Origin: Tilletiaria anomala UBC 951
Taxonomy: Eukaryota
Length of the DNA stretch: 64,000 nucleotides
Direction of reading: 5' to 3'
Assembly: GCF_000711695.1 (NCBI RefSeq)
Contig: NW_013547017.1
Coordinates: forward strand, 1 to 64,000
Both the position numbers and the translations under genes were made by a program. Shown piece by piece: positions 26,969 to 41,700 of the stretch. How positions within the stretch are numbered: the stretch's first letter is position 1; each line of letters begins with the position of its first letter. Under the pieces are notes generated by a model. The model saw only the letters and a list, made by a program, of their open reading frames with translations. It did not search any database and was not told the DNA's origin.

Positions 26969-28521
26969 TTAAGATGTCCACAAACCGTACGGCGAGCCGG
27001 GAAACGTTTGCCACAGTCGGATGGTGCCTGGGCAAAGAAGCAAGAAGAGGAGTAGACTCACAAGGTCAGTCCAGCCGCGAAGGAGGCGTCCTAAAAGAGG
27101 ATCGAGTGGACACCCGTTACTCACCATCTTCACTCCCGCTCGCTGCCAGCTGGCCATCAGGCGAATAGCTGACGCAGTGCGCAGGTCCATGATGTCCTTT
27201 GTGGAGCTCCCTCTGCTCTCCGCTCTCGGCATCGTAGATGCGCACCCAGCCGTCCCCAACGGTTCCAGTCACGAAGCGATCCGCACGAATGGGATGGAGC
27301 GATGCAGAGGATGGCGCCTGGGGTAGGGTGTGCTTCCTGCGGACAGATCCACTAAAGGTTGAGGAGAAACGGTGGGTGGGTGTGTCAACTTACGTTCTTA
27401 CCTTCCATTTTGTACTGCAGTAACAGAGCCCTGAGGTCCGGTGCCCACACTCACTCTGCTGCGTTCAAGAAGAGGACATCTTTGCCGGAGGTAACGGAGA
27501 GAAGCTCCCCGAGGGCGCCAATGTTGCGCTCCATGGATGTGATGGGTTCGCTGAACTTGAGCTCGTGAGTAATGCCTAGTGTTCGCAGATCCCACCACCT
27601 GTTGCGAAGGCCGCGGTCAGCTTCCGAACGAGTAAAACTTGATCGCGTCATACAGGCCAAAGGGCCTCACCTCATGACTTTATCTTCGCCCGCACTGATG
27701 ATCGTATTTTCTTGAGGCCCTCGCCCCCAGACCACACTCTTGATAGTTCCCTCGTGCGCAAGAGACCCGCCGCTTGCTCTGAACTCTTGCGCCTCGGCTT
27801 CGGGGTTGCCCAAGTCGAACAAACGCAGCTTCTTTTCGTGCCCGCCCGTGATGATCCGCTGGCCTGGTGAATCGATTGCTGTGGCCCGGACAATGTGGTT
27901 GTGGGAGAAGGTGTGGAGGCACTGGCCAGAGTAGGTGTCCCAGACTTTGCTGTAAGGAGCAGGAAAGAGCACACGCGGTTAGATGCCATACGCCATAGAC
28001 TTCGCGCTTTCTCATACGTCAGGCTCACGCTGAGAAGTCCGCACTTCCTGTTACAGCCTTCGAAGCATCGCCACCCGACAGCCTTCCACTCCAGACTGCA
28101 CCCTTGTGACCTGAACCCCAACGCAAAGGCCGATTGATCCGTCAGTCTAGTTGAACATGAGCATGGATAGCGGAAAGTCATCCTTACCTAGAAAAGTTCC
28201 AATCCAATCTCCTAGCCAGTCTCGTAGCCTGCAGCAAATCAAGCGAAGGGAAAGTATCAGCATAAACGCATAAAAGCCGCGCGTTGCCGCAACATTTCGG
28301 CCGCGTGCTGGTGATCGCACATTGGGTTGCCGTCTTTGCAGCTCGAAAGCATTGTGTATGTGCCGTCATCTTGAAGGTCCGAAAATTCCAGATGCACGAC
28401 CGGCCTGGTGTGGCCCGAGCACGTCAAGGGTACAGACTGACAGGGAGGTTGTCAGCGGCGAACTTGGAGCCAGGCGTAAAGGTGGTGTGCGAAGACTCAC
28501 TTTTGGTACAGGAGCGGCCAT
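26969..28521 (-). CDS. STRAP: WD40 protein, STRAP/UNRIP-like (serine-threonine kinase receptor-associated); many short exons
   Basis: VPLTCSGHTRPVVHL, SSCKDGNPMLRDWLGDWIGTFLGHKGAVW, TGSADFSAKVWD, GGHEKKLRLFDL, HKGHHGPAHCVSYSPDG, SGSEDGTIRLWQT. Confidence 0.9.
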
Positions 28522-29742
28522 GATCCGGAGCTCTTCTAAGAGGTTTTTTCCCGACCCAGTGAAGATGCTTTGAAAGTTTTTGCAAGAAAAATAGCTTCGC
28601 AAACGAGTGGGCAGAGGCGTCGGTGTCGGTGAACAGAACCTATTGCTGTCTCGCTGACGCAACTCGCAGCGTGTGCGTTTTGGTTGACAAAAGGAGAGGG
28701 AGAGTGTGCAATTCACACGCTTGTGGACGATTGGGGCCTTCAGTGAGAGACCCTGCGTATTTGAGAGTTCCGTGGGTGCCGGATAATGTGTTGGAATGTC
28801 GAATGCTTGGTCGTAACAAATGAGAACGGATTTTGTCGTGATCAAGGCTAGCAGGTCGATCGATTCTGTTGAAAGTGGGAACAATGCAAGCTGATTGGCG
28901 TTGTCGTCTATTCTCTCTCAAATGAGCAATCTGATGTTCTTCTGCTCACAGCTTACGCGTGTGTTGCGCTTCCCAAGCTGCCCTGCAAGCTTGCTTCAGA
29001 CGGCAACAAGTGCTTGCGCTGCTCATCAAGATTGCACCAACGAAAGGAAGAACATCGACGGCCAAGGGAATGGGAGAGAACTCTCGAATCTCGGCGCCGC
29101 CGGCTGAGTTCAGAGACTCCACTCATGACAGCGCTAGGCTGAATGAAAGAACCCTACATCAACCTGTCCGCATGTGCTCATTGAGCAGCGGGATGCATTG
29201 GGCAGCATGATCTCTTAGATCTTCGTCAACGATCGCTCAACATCTCAACTCTCATCAATCTCTTAAGTTCTCAAATGATGTACTCAAGCGGCCAGGAATC
29301 GAGTGGATATCCGTTAACTGAAGCTGCCAAACCCAAATTCAATCCCGATCTGCTCGCATGCTATGGTGCAAGGTAGCCCGTCCTCTTCGCCGAACCATCC
29401 ATCCCGGGACTTTCCATTTCTGGAACTGCGATGAAGATGGGCAGGCTGGGGGATTCTCAGTTGCCTTCTTTCGGCATTGAGATGCGAGCAGAGAGCGCCA
29501 TTCTCATCAGTACCAATGGAAGCAGTATCTACATGGGCCACAACTTCCGCAATGTTGAACTGGAAGTCTTTCTACATGCAGAAGCCGAGCTAAGAATCTG
29601 GCTTGAATACCGAATCAATCCTGCAATGCAAGCCGGCCATACCAACCGGTGTTGCTCATGTCAGGTGTAATTCTGAGCGTCTGCTATGCTACTGCATGTG
29701 TCTCATATTGATCTGCATGCTAAGATGGAAGGTAGGAGAGTG

Positions 29743-32700
29743 CTATGCGAAGCGCCGGAGAAGGTCACTTGCCGACGGTTGAGAGTCATAGCTTCCGACT
29801 GTGAAGCCCTCCTTCCTGGACACGGAAGTTCCGGACGCCGATGAGCCTGTTCTTCGGCCAGTCATCCTACCGATCGTCTGAGCTGCAAATGAATTTCGGC
29901 TAGCCGATGGTGCAAGCGAGCTCTTGGACATGTACGATCTTCCAATGGTCATGGTTGATGAAGCGCCTTGTAGCTTTGATTGCGCTTCTGAGGTTGTGGC
30001 ATCAAGGGATCCAGCGCTACGAGGGCTGCCGTACGATGAGCCCGTTGCAGCGACGAGGTCCGCAAGTGGCTGAGCGCCTCTCGGTATGCTAAACGCTGCA
30101 GTGGGCGGTGACCTTGACTCTGGACTTGAACGCTCTCTCCAGGAAGCGGAGGAGCCAAACCGTCGAGAGGCAGTTCCCAAGCCAGGGGCCAGATTCAGCC
30201 GCGCTGAGCCGCTGCGGATGAGATCTGGGCCTTGAATCGTTGAAGTCGGCGGACTCGAGGAAAAGGGGTTGCCGATGCCTTCAGAAGCTATTGCATTGCG
30301 GATCTTTTGCTGTGCGATATCATCTACGCCATTTGCATCCGGAGCTGCATGGGATGTTCGTGGCCGGTCGAACGCAGGTACCGCATTGATCTCTAACGGG
30401 CGATTCAGTCCTTCGACTCCGCCCTTCTTCATTGACTTCGTCAGCGCAGGAGTTGTGGTGCGGGAGTTGGCTTGCAAAGTCCTTGCCAATCCAGATTTCC
30501 GTTGCTGCAGTACGAAAGGACTGCCAGGGCCGGGGCGGTGCTCGGGAGACATGTTCAACTCATCCAAAGGGCTACCGTCGAGTGTTTCAGTTGGTACCGC
30601 GGAAGCTGATGGTTCTGCACCAAGGACAGCGTTCTTCGACGTAGCTTGGGGCATGGATACTGAGCGTGCCGACGTTGGTGGCCGTTCTTTCGAATTGCCA
30701 CGGCTCGAGACTACCTCCGAACCTTGACGCGACCTGATGTTTGCAACTTCAGGAGAGCCAATGTACTCTTGAACGTCCAACATGTAGAATTTGACACCAG
30801 GTGTGAGCTTGTACGGATTCGTCGTCTCATCCGCAGCATTCACCACCTGACCCTTGATGTTCATGATCTTCCCCACTAGCCATTGCTTCGTTTTGACCTG
30901 TTCAGCCAAGGCGCCGTCGATGTGCATGAAAAAGTGGGGGAAGCCTATATTGAATGCCGCCCAAGTCTTTGTCTCACTCGAATCTCTCGTTGGCAGGAAC
31001 AAAGCAAGGTCTCCGATTTGAAAGTTGGCGAAAGCGATGCGTTCGCCCTTGAGACGGTCATAATTGTCCTTCAAAGTCTTATAAGCTTTGGCCCATTTCT
31101 TGACTAGCTTCACAAGAGATTCCAGCTTCGTCTTCGCTTCGTCATGGATATCCTTGGGACTGACGAGTCGTAAGACCTTGAGGAGATCCTCACCAGATGA
31201 TTGGTCTGCATCTTCGACCTGGAACGCGTCCAAAGCTTCTTGCCTCTCGAGTTCCTCCGAAGAGGTAAGACGAGTTTGCATGGTTGCCAGCTTCTCTTCG
31301 GCCAAAGCTGCCGATCTCGACGACAAGGCAGGCATGCTTCTGACAGTCTCCCGTACGTGTAGCATTTGTATCGTCCACCCTCGGGCTTGAGCAATGAGGT
31401 CGCCGTTGATCCGCTGCAGAGCAACTCGTGCCGACTCCGCCTCCGCTGCAAGTTCCTTGGCCGCTTCTGTTTCTTTGATCATCTTCTCATGGCTGTCATC
31501 GGCAGAGTCAAGCTGACCCCGGACAACATCCATTGCCTCTTGCTTGACCTCCAGCTCTTGACGAAGCAGGTGAACTTCCCTCGAACTACTGTCCAGTGCC
31601 TCCTTGGCTTCTTGGAGATGAGCTTCCATATCCTTCAGCTTCTCTTCCAGAATGGCGCGATCTCCATCAGCTTCGGCACGCTGCGTTCTTATGAGCTTGT
31701 CTCGAGAAGCTTCGGCTTCCAAGAGCGCGTCTCTGGCCTGATGACACTCATGCCGAGCTTGTGCAAGCTGATCATTGAGCTCGCTGATCCTTTCCTGTGC
31801 CTTGTGAATCTCCTTCTCTGCAGAGCTCCCTTGACTCAAGAGTCCTTCAATCCGGCTTGTCGCATCATGCTGCGCAGCACGGGCATCCTCGAGCTCCGCC
31901 TGCACATCAACAAGGTGGCTTTCGAGCTCATGAATTCTGTCCGCATCCTCCTCAGCCTGTTGCCGAGCATCTAGCTCGGCTCTACGATGCTCTTCCAGCT
32001 CTTTTCGTAGGTTTGTTACCTCATCGACGAGGTTGAGACGTCGCGCCTCTGCTGTGTCACCGTCAGCCTTGAGATTGTGGACTTCCGCCTGGGCTTGCTC
32101 AAGCTCCGCTCTTTTGAGCGAAAGCTGGCGACGCTCTTGGATGAGTTGCTCGTTTACGTCCTGTTTTGCCCGATCGATTTCCTGGAGCTCAGCCCGATGC
32201 GCTTCCCGTAAATTGTTCAGAGCCGCGACATGTTCCTTGCGCATAGAGTCAAACTTCTGCCGCACTGCCGCTCCCGAGGCCCTCAGCCTCCCTTTCCGTG
32301 TGTCGAGCTGCTCAGAATTGTCCGTCTGCTCCTCTTCACTGTCGATCACCCAGTTTAAACCCTTGAGCAAATGCTGCTCGACCATATGTTCGAATGCATC
32401 ATCAATTGAATCCAGCTCGTCGACCAGGCTTTGGAGCGCTTTCTTCACGTCCCCTGTGTTGCTCTTTCTCTTTCCTTTTCGAGCAAGTGCAGACGCTATC
32501 CCGGGTCGGTCCTGGACCCTGCTGTCTGACTCTGTTAACTGCTGTTCGATACTGTCAAGCAAATGTAGAATCGTGTCGATGTCTTTGCGGTCGAGTAAGA
32601 CAGAGAGCTCAGACCTTGAGGTGCCGCTGGTTGTGATGTCCAGACTCGGCGGTTGGCTGTTCATGCTGCGCACTTCAAAGGGGAGGAGACCTTGCACGTC

Positions 32701-34268
32701 TGACTTGTACGTGGCGCGGAGATCCTTGTCTTTCAATCCGAGCTTGGACATGAGCTCCGCCAACGCTTGCGACTTGTCCAGGAAGTAATCTGCGAACTCA
32801 CGCCGCCGCACAATTTCGACAATCGTCGCTCCGTAAGCCCAAAGCATGTTCTTCAACCGCTGAAGATGCTTGAAGCCGTCGACTTTATTAGAGCGAAAGT
32901 CCGAGTCGACAGCAGCGAGCGCAGCGCCAAAGTCAGCATACTCGGATTGAAGCACACTAATGCGATTTAGAATGTCCAAGCCTCGATACCGCGCTTCGTT
33001 CAGCTCTGCCGTCAGTCTTCGGACACATTCTCGCGCTACCTCATCCAGCAGAAGGATCTCTTGGGCGCCAGCCGCAATTTTCTCGAAGGTCGCATTATCA
33101 AGCTTGTCTGCTACGGGCCATCCATGAGCGTCCGGTGAGCATTCCTGTTCGATGAAGGTGGCGAGCTCCTCGGCGCGTGCGGAAGCTTGAAGGGATTCCT
33201 CCAAGGTCTCCGTGGCAAATTGAGATGCACCTGGTTCTGCGTCCTCTTGCAAAAAGGTAGTCTGCTCGTTGAGCTTCCGCACGTCTGCTTCCAGCTGCGA
33301 AACGCGGTCGCGAAGCTCGTTGTACAACCTGGTGCACGAATCTGCGACCGCTTTCATCTTGTTCGGATTGATCCAATAGCCGAGTGTGCGCTCCGTCCTT
33401 GCAGACTTTGATGAATCGCTGTTGGAAGGTGGAAGCAAGGCTTGGTTGACGGGGACCATGTTGAGGACTTGTAAGTCTCGTTCGTGCCCTTCAATCAAGC
33501 CTTGCATACGGTCAAGTTCCTTTGCCGCTGTTTTACTCAGGGCATCCGAGCCTCTCTCAATGCTCGAAGCATGTAGTAGCAGATTGAGTAGAGCAATATG
33601 CATGCTGCGCCGAATGACTTGTACGTGCGAGAAGAGCTGTTGAGCGTGGGAGGTGTGACTGTAGATCGTCATTGTCGTTGCATTGCTCCATGCGATCAAA
33701 GCCTCCAATGAGCGGGGCGTTGGCGGGTGGATCACTTCAAAGGCTAAGAATCGATGCAAACATCATTTCAGAGACCGCTGCTCCAACATGAACTATGAGA
33801 GGGGAGCTCACCATCAACTGGCGGCTCGATCACTACCTGCTCTGCCATGTCCTGAGCCAGGACGTCTGGTTCCGCGTATAGATAATCGCGATTGAAAATG
33901 AAGAACTCCTAATTATTTTTAAAAGTTCCAAAAAGGACACATTATGAGCTTAGACCAGCTACAGCATCATGTCGCAGCGACTCACAGCATCTGTTGCGGA
34001 CTCCTCGGTATGACCCAGGAGCAGTTGGAAAACATCTTCGTTCAATTGTTGACCTTGGTCAGTCATGCATATGATCGAGTCCGCAATCGTCCCTGTCGCA
34101 AGAGAAAAGCAGTCTACCAGATCCTCGAGACTTTTGGACGGTCATGTCAGACCCTGTCAGGGAGCAGTTCAGCATGTATGGTGTTCCGCGCAAGACTCAC
34201 GTATGAAACTGTTTGAAAGCCTGATTGACCTCGATGGTCTGCCCGTCATGTGCCTTGAAGATCTTCAT
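29743..34268 (-). CDS. ATG11: Autophagy-related protein 11 (selective-autophagy scaffold); three short 5' exons plus one long exon
   Basis: N-terminal MKIFKAHDG..., EFFIFNRDYL, YGATIVEIVRRREF, long coiled coil, C-terminal claw region ERIAFANFQIGDLALFLPTR...WAAFNIGFPHFF...NPYKL. Confidence 0.92.
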
Positions 34269-34901
34269 TTTCGCGATCCCAAATTCAGCTGCCTTCAGAC
34301 CTTCGATCAAGCTTGCCAACCTCTTGAGCGATGGTGAGCGCAGTGCTCAGTTCCGTGATTTGCAAAGGTTATAAGCTAAGGTGGCGGTGTCAAGTACGCG
34401 TCACTTCGCGTCAAGCGGTCCCGAGTTTGGGCCCCCGAGCGTTGGGATTTGTACCAGCATGCCGCCTTCCTCCGACCGATTCTGTGCGTGCGCGGTCCCC
34501 AGCAAGAACGATGAGAATTGTTCCGTGCCGTTACTGGGCCCCTCATAGCCCGAGCTATCTTGTGACGAATACATGGCTGCGACCGGTGTGCTACCAGTTG
34601 AGCAATTGAGCTCCGGGCTCTGAGCAAGCGCAATGTGCGGCTGAGAGCGGAGTCATGAATGATGGAACTCGGCGACTAACGTTAGGGATCAATGACCTGA
34701 TCGGCATCTTTGCAACGTTCACTTGTTTTTTAAAAGATTTTTTTGTTCTTCTTTGACAGGCGTCTCTCCAAACTCCGATGTCTTGGACATGCTTGGATCA
34801 CGCGGGACCGCTGATCTTCTTCGTGGAATACTACGTTGGGAGCACCTGATAGCTGGTGAGCAAAGCAAGCACCTAAAGGAGAGGTGAAAGCAACAGATAA
34901 A

Positions 34902-36401
34902 ATGCTTAGAAGTTCTTCCACCCGCCTCGCGCTCCGCGAATGCTGTCGCGGGGTCACTGGGGGCAGGGGGCGGCAGTTCGCTTCGGCGATGGTGACCAAC
35001 CGCACCGCTTCCTCTTCGGCTGCTACTTCTCAGTCACACGACCCATCTACGCCATCCTCGTCAGCAGGCGCAAGTGGCGCGTCGTCCTCAGCAGCATGGA
35101 TGCGACCGATACCGCCTGGTGTCGAACCGGCGTACGACGAGGCGCTCGCTTACCTCTCGCAGTACCAGCGTGAAAAGCGAGGACAGGTGGAAGGTCTCAA
35201 GAAGGAAGCAGTTTCTAGTAGGGGTAGCCCTGAAGCAGTGAATAACCTTCAGATGCAAATCGAGGAGCTCGAGATTGTTGCAGAACTTGACGATCCACAA
35301 GTCAGGTGGGACTTCGAAAATGGCAAGAGTGAGTCATTCTCATACGCTTATATGCTACGAGACACTGATGTTCTGTGCGCATTTGCATGTGCAGTTGACA
35401 TGTCTCGTCCGGTCCACCGCTATTTGCGCGAACAGGCATGGCGCCGAGTATCCACTGCCTCGATGTCTGCCAACCCGTCACCGGCTGCTGAGGCCGGCCC
35501 TCTCAGAAAACTGACCGAGCGTTGCAAGCTCATGCGCGTCGTGCCGGACGTCGTGCCATATGTCACCCCTTCGGCGGATTTGCAAGTCTTCTTTGGCGAG
35601 GGCGCAGGATATGGCGACCATGGTGGAAACGGTGGAGAGGTGCTAGCTGGCGTCTTTCTTGATGCAGATGTGGTGTGTACATGCATTCCGTCGCAAACAC
35701 GTCCTGAGGGGACTTGCTGACGCCCCCCCAAAAAAAACCCTCGTTAAAGACGCTGGAGAAACCTCGACTGGAAGCGACAGCATTCCACACCGATGAGCGA
35801 CTCTACACTATCCTAATGGTCGATCCGGATTCCCCTGACGAATTTGAAGCGACTTTTCAGCCATACGCGCACTGGCTGCTCGAAGACGTTCCATTGAGTG
35901 CGACGCGCTCGTCGATCGATTACAACACGAGTGTGCGCGAGATCTTGCCGTATGTTCCTCCTCATCCTCAACGTGGAACGCCGTACCATCGCTACGTCAC
36001 GCTCCTACTCACCGAGGCGCCGGAGGCGAACAGCTCAAATTCAGACGCAGCCCCAGCCCCCTCTACGCCTGTCTCTGAAGTCGCTCGACATGGCTTCAGC
36101 GTCAGCGAATATATGGCTCGTCGGAACCTCCATGTCGCCGGAATTCACTTCTGGCGCGAGGAATGGAAGCAAGGCCGTACAAGTGCAGCGGTGAAGAAGG
36201 TATACTCTGAAATCCTGAGTAAGTACAATTGCAAAGGGAGTTGGTTACTCTGCGCTTCCGCTAATCCAAATGCGCATAACACTTCTGCGACTGTGCTGCG
36301 CAGAACAACCCGAACCAACCTATGCCAAGCCGCTGAAGCCCGATCCTTACAAGGATGAGGTCGCAGGAGATGCGTCAAGCCGGTACTTTTCATCGCAGTA
36401 G
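34902..36401 (+). CDS. MRPL35: Mitochondrial large ribosomal subunit protein mL38 (PEBP-like domain); 3 introns
   Basis: Arg/Ser-rich presequence; GVEPAYDEALAYL, DDPQVRW, DMSRPVHRYL; PEBP motifs LYTILMVDPDSP and YVPPHPQRGTPYHRY; last exon ends TAG at 36399-36401. Confidence 0.88.
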
Positions 36402-38765
36402 GTTTTTAGCAGGCGAATGTAAGCTTTCAAGTTTATCAGGCAAAGCCCTTGTCATTTGCTGTCCAATCTCTATCTCGGCGAGGAAGTGGGTCTGGAACAT
36501 CGAGGTCTCTCAATGGACACAACTGAAATGCACCAGCGTTGTACACATGCCTCTCCTTGGTAAACGCCTCGTGCAACGATTTGACAAACAAGTGACATCT
36601 TCGCCGCCAACTTTTCGCATGGCTGCCTCAGGCGCTCGGCACGGTGCCTAAGGGAGAAAGAGGACGCCTATCTGCTGATGAGCACTCTGACCTACTGAAA
36701 GCTTTACGGCGTGTTATTCTACCTTTGAAGCCTGTATTGTAGCGAACGAGAGCTGCTCTCGGGCCTTGACTCAGAAACCACCTCGCAAGAAGAAGAAAAA
36801 TGAAAAAGACAGGATCTGCGGGGACAAGCGAGAGGCTTGTAGAGCGACCATCAGTCTTTATCAATGCCCGGACCACTCCGGCTGATTTGCGTTCCCAAAT
36901 GGATATTCAGTCTGAGCGTGACCCAAAGCTTGCATGAAGTGCAGCGGACGAGCATAACGTTCGGACTGAGCAGTCTCTAATAGAGGAGTGATCCGAGAGC
37001 CCAGGTTGGAGTGGCGGCGGCGGCCATTTCGGGGTATCCATGCATATATTATGCATGTACATTTTTCTCGCTCGCACGCTTTGACTCTGGCCCATCGATG
37101 CTGGCGCCATCATCGCGATTCCAGCAGGTCGGTTGCTGGAGAACCGAGTATGTCCCTCTTTCTCTTCAGAGTCCAGATGCCACGTCATCCAATACGGTTG
37201 CGTTGCAGGCCACATTTGTACACGAAGCGTCGTTCCTTCGCGGTCTTGCGCTTATTTGGGGCAGTCACATTCATCGCTCATCGCTTGTAACTCCTCGCTC
37301 TCCACATCAGCGACTCATCGCACTTGGCAGCAAGCGACGGACCCGACGACCCGAGATGGCTTTCTCGGGCACGCGGCGGCAACATCTGGGGACCTTCACG
37401 TCGGACTCGTTACCGATCGCCGCGAGACACGACGGTATGCAGAGGTCAGTGCTCTGAAAAAGTTCATCTCGGAGTTCAGCACATCAGCGCTCCACATCCT
37501 CGCCGGCCACTGCATACTGCCGCCGGTCGATCGCGTCACTGCTTCCCTTGCTGCATGAAAGTCGCCACATTCTCAGACGCGTTCCTGCTCCGCATTTCTG
37601 CTGAAGCAAGGCAGTGGGTGAGAGGCAGAGTGTGTGAGAAGATAATAATAATCTCACCACCTCAGACACGGCTCCCCCCGCACGGGCTCAGCCTGTGATG
37701 CCGTCCCTGTTCTTTCTTTTCACGGGGCAGTTCATTTTCTCTCATCCCATCTTTTCACAGCGCGCGCTGTGCCAGCTGGTGCCCCCCCCACTGCCACTGC
37801 CCCCGCCACTGCTACCCCCACAGGCGCTTGATCTCCCCAACGCAGCACACAGCAAGCCGCTAGATCAATCATATCGACTTCTGCAATATCCAGCCGGACT
37901 CAAAGCCACTCTCAAGGTCAGCTGCAGGACATTGGCTTGGGAACTCTGCTTCTTGAAGTCTGATCGACCTTCCTTCCACCTCGCGAGCACACGCGCGGGA
38001 GAGCGGACGAGCTCTGCGACGAGGGAACGGTCACAGACGGCAGCTACTTCGTGTCACTACCTTTTTGTTAACGCTTGCGGGACACAGCCACGGGTGAGTG
38101 AGCGTCGATGCGTTTCTCCGACCTGCTCGACACGTCTCTCACGAGCCCAGTGTTGGGACGATGCGACATGGCGGATGGATTTCAGTGAGAAGAACATGGA
38201 ACGGTCCAGTGGTTCAGATTTGTGTCGGTATGAAGGGACATTCGGCAGCATGGGTCGAAACCATCCTGCACAGCATAGGGCAACATAGAGCAGAAAGAGA
38301 GGGTTTCTGGGCAGAGAACTTGTCAAATGCGAAGCGAAAATCCTTCTGGTTCGGCTGACCTGAGTCATTATCTGATTTTTTTATGCGTCTCATGTTCAAA
38401 TTGTTGTCTTGTGTCGCCTTCGCAGGCATCTTGCCTTGGAAGCCAAAAGTAGCTGCTGGGCGGCTTGGCCACCGATAAACCCAACTTACCCTTCACGGAT
38501 GCACGGAACCGCGTCTGCGGTATGTCACTCGCTTGATAGAGCCGTGAATGACCCGTTTCATCACTGCTGCATCCCTGACCAGGGTGCTCAATTGCACGGA
38601 GCTCTGAGGCACCGTGTCCTACGCTCGCACAGCCGGCACTGCAACATCCGCCGTAAGCTTATTCCAGCCCACATTCTTTGGCGACCCTCGGCCTACATGC
38701 CACATGTGTGTCAGCAGGGCTGACCCTAGCAAACTCACGTAAAAAGCCTGAGTGGCGGTCTGCAC

Positions 38766-41700
38766 ATGTCGCTGGGACGGATCAACACAATGACTTCCAT
38801 CGCCGAGCAACCGCGCATGTCGGTTTCTTCCGTCTCCGCATCCAATACTTTAATCTCCGGAAGTGACGCGCTTATCAATGAGGGTGGCGCAGGCACCGGA
38901 GCTGGCTCAAGTGGAGCGCGTAGCAGACTTTCCAAGCTGCTCAGTGCGGCCCGCACGAGCTCATCCGTGCGCGAACGTAAGCAAAGCGGGCACCATTACC
39001 AACGCTCACAACCAAACTACCCGTTCTCGGCCGCGGCAAAGAGCTTCCATCGACCCTTCTTGACCTCTGCTTCTGCGTCCGCGGGATCATGCGTCAGCGA
39101 AGGCCCCGCGAGTCCGTGCCAGAGTAACATGGGTAGGCATGACGCTGGTGGACTCGGCGGCAGCGGCGCTGGCGACGCTGCCAGCTGTAGTCGTAGTGCA
39201 ACGCGGCTCGGCTTGGGCCTAGCTACAGGCGGGTGGAGCCAGTCTGCTGGCGCAGCCGCGAGGCAAGATCCACATAACGCGTACTACATTCAGCATCGCG
39301 GACTCAATTCCCCTTCGTCATACCCAGCCAAGGAGACCGAATCGGGTACACATGGTCTTGGACTGGGGCTCGGCTTAGGGCTTGGACTCAACACGTCCTT
39401 GCGCCAAGGGGCAGAGTCACAATTGCTTGACCCTTCCGGGGCGAATCCGGCGGTCAAGTCTCTTGCTCGGCAGCTTGAATTACGCTTCAAGTCGAACTTT
39501 GTCTCTGGTTACGGTATCAGGAGCGACGCTGGTCCTGTGTTGCCTCCGGTCTCCTCGGGGGGCATCGGGATCAGTAATCTGGCGGGCAGCGCAGCAGCAG
39601 GTGTACACAGCCGTATACAGCATCCATGGGGCGAGGTACCAGGCCTCGAGCGCGTCGACCCCATCTTCCCCACCTCTCATCAGCACCAGCCTCTGACAAT
39701 TCCCACGCGGAATCGCGTATATCTCCGTCCGGGCGACTCAGGCACGCTTAACCTGCCCACTGCTTCCAGGTCTGTGTCCGGCTCGACACAGCCGTTAGAC
39801 AAACAGTTTGAGGGCAAGCTGCTGCACTCGATCGCTCGCAAAGAACCGCCATCCTTCCTCGGTTCGCTATCGTCTGGCACGCCCATATTAGCCACGGCGC
39901 AGCCCACCTATATGCACACCACTCCGCGCGCTTTAGAGTTTGGAGATGCACTTCCCTCTGCGTATTCGCATGCTCGACCGCAACTCGGCAACAGTAGGGG
40001 AGGTGGTGGAGGAGGCGCCAACACTGGCGGGAGCGGAGCGGGAGGAATTCCAGCCGTCATGAGAAGTGATGATGCACCCACCGCTCTCACCAGCGCACAT
40101 AGCCTTCCCCGCTCGGCAACTTTTGGCTATCCGAGCGGCAGCAGCAGTGGGAATGCCGGCGCCACGGAGCAGAGAACGGCGATGGCGGGGAAGGAGCGGC
40201 AGGCCGGTCTGAATACGGCTGCTTCTTCGACAGCTACCTCGCCTGCTACGGCGACTACAGCGACTTTCAATAGCCATTCATACCGGCGTTTCCGCAGGGG
40301 ACGGCGGGAGTCTGCGGGTCTAGCGACAGACGCGGGCTACGACTCGACGGCCAGCGCGAGCAGGGATTACTGGGATAATATCACGCCGCAAACCTCCGTT
40401 AGCAGTCTCCGCAGTCACCCGAGCGCCCGAGCGCTCGGAACTTCGCACACCAAAAGCACCTCCCTCGGCTCCGCTACGTCTGGCTTAGCGCGTGATCCGG
40501 GCGGGATGGTGGCTGCGGGCTCGCTGCATTACATTCCCACCGGCGCAGCATCAAAAGCATTTACTAGCACGTCTTATGCAGCATCGCGCTCCGAATCCGG
40601 ATCTAGACCACCCACTGCGAGCTCCATCTCAAGCGTCAACGAACTCGCTTCAGGCGCACTTTCACTTCAGCATCAGCAACTGCGCCAGCAACAACTTGTG
40701 AACAAGGCTTGCGCATGGAGTCAACGTAGCGACGGACTGTCCCGATTCGCTTCGCGTCCTGCAATTGCTGGACTCATCAGTCGTCCGCCAGCTTTGTCGC
40801 CCGTCGCTCCCAGTACATCGAGTGTCGCAAACGCTCACAGCCCGGAGAATGCGCCGCAGTCACATTCAAGCTTTTCACCGCATTTGCACTTCCGCTCTCA
40901 CTCGCAACAATATGGCAGTGGCATCTTCGCCAATATCGAAACAGGACAAGACGATCAAGTCAGTCCCGCGGAACGTGCACAGCGTAACTTTTTGCTGTTG
41001 CAGCAAATGCACCTTGTCAAATCGGAGCGCACTGACCAATACCCTGCAACGGGTGGCCTGTTCGAGACAGAGGGGAGCTGCCAGGCAATCTTCTTACCCA
41101 AACCTCGCTTGCACAGCTCGCTTGTTTCCACTTGTGGCATGGTGTCTGCACAGCAGCAGGGCTCGGTTGGCTCGAGAGACGCGGTGACAAAAAGTACAGC
41201 TGCGTTCGAGAGGAACAGATGCTTGCCAAGTCGAGGAGCCTCGCTCTACAAGACTAGATCATCACCCGAGCTACGTCAACAAGCTGAAGCGCAAAATGTT
41301 AATAGCTCAGCGACGAGCACGTATAACCCGCACATCAACGTAGTGCCCATTCCTGAGGGCGATCCCAGCACGCGCACACGGGAGTCGATCAAAGCATCGG
41401 GCTTTGATCGCGAAGACTTTCTGTTGCACCATCAGGCCGAGCTCGCAAAGCTAGATATGCCACAGCGGGACAGGGCGGGAGCCGCTTCGAGAGGCAGCGT
41501 CGGCTCGGCCAGGCCTTTCTTCCACCATCGTCCACCTCCTCCGCCACCTGCTCTGCAGTCGACACGCCTCAGACAGCGATCTCACGCGCATTCAGCCAGC
41601 GATAGCCAAGCGGTGAATCGCTCATCGCTTCGCAATCGCTTTGGACCCTTCAGTTCTGTTCAGTCCCGACCAAATGGTGAAGAGTTGCGATCGTCGATGC

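Noticed and set aside
29275..29670. Possible small spliced gene (MMYSSGQESSGYP...) between STRAP and ATG11
   Set aside because: Weak donor, no convincing branch site, product not protein-like
35723..35741. C-run/A-run homopolymer resembling a frameshift slippery site in mL38
   Set aside because: It lies within a canonical intron (gtgtgt...ctgac...aag), which explains the frame change
37695..38288. 197-aa ORF upstream of the large orphan
   Set aside because: Derived largely from pyrimidine and C-run promoter/leader tracts; no support as a gene, though a uORF cannot be excluded
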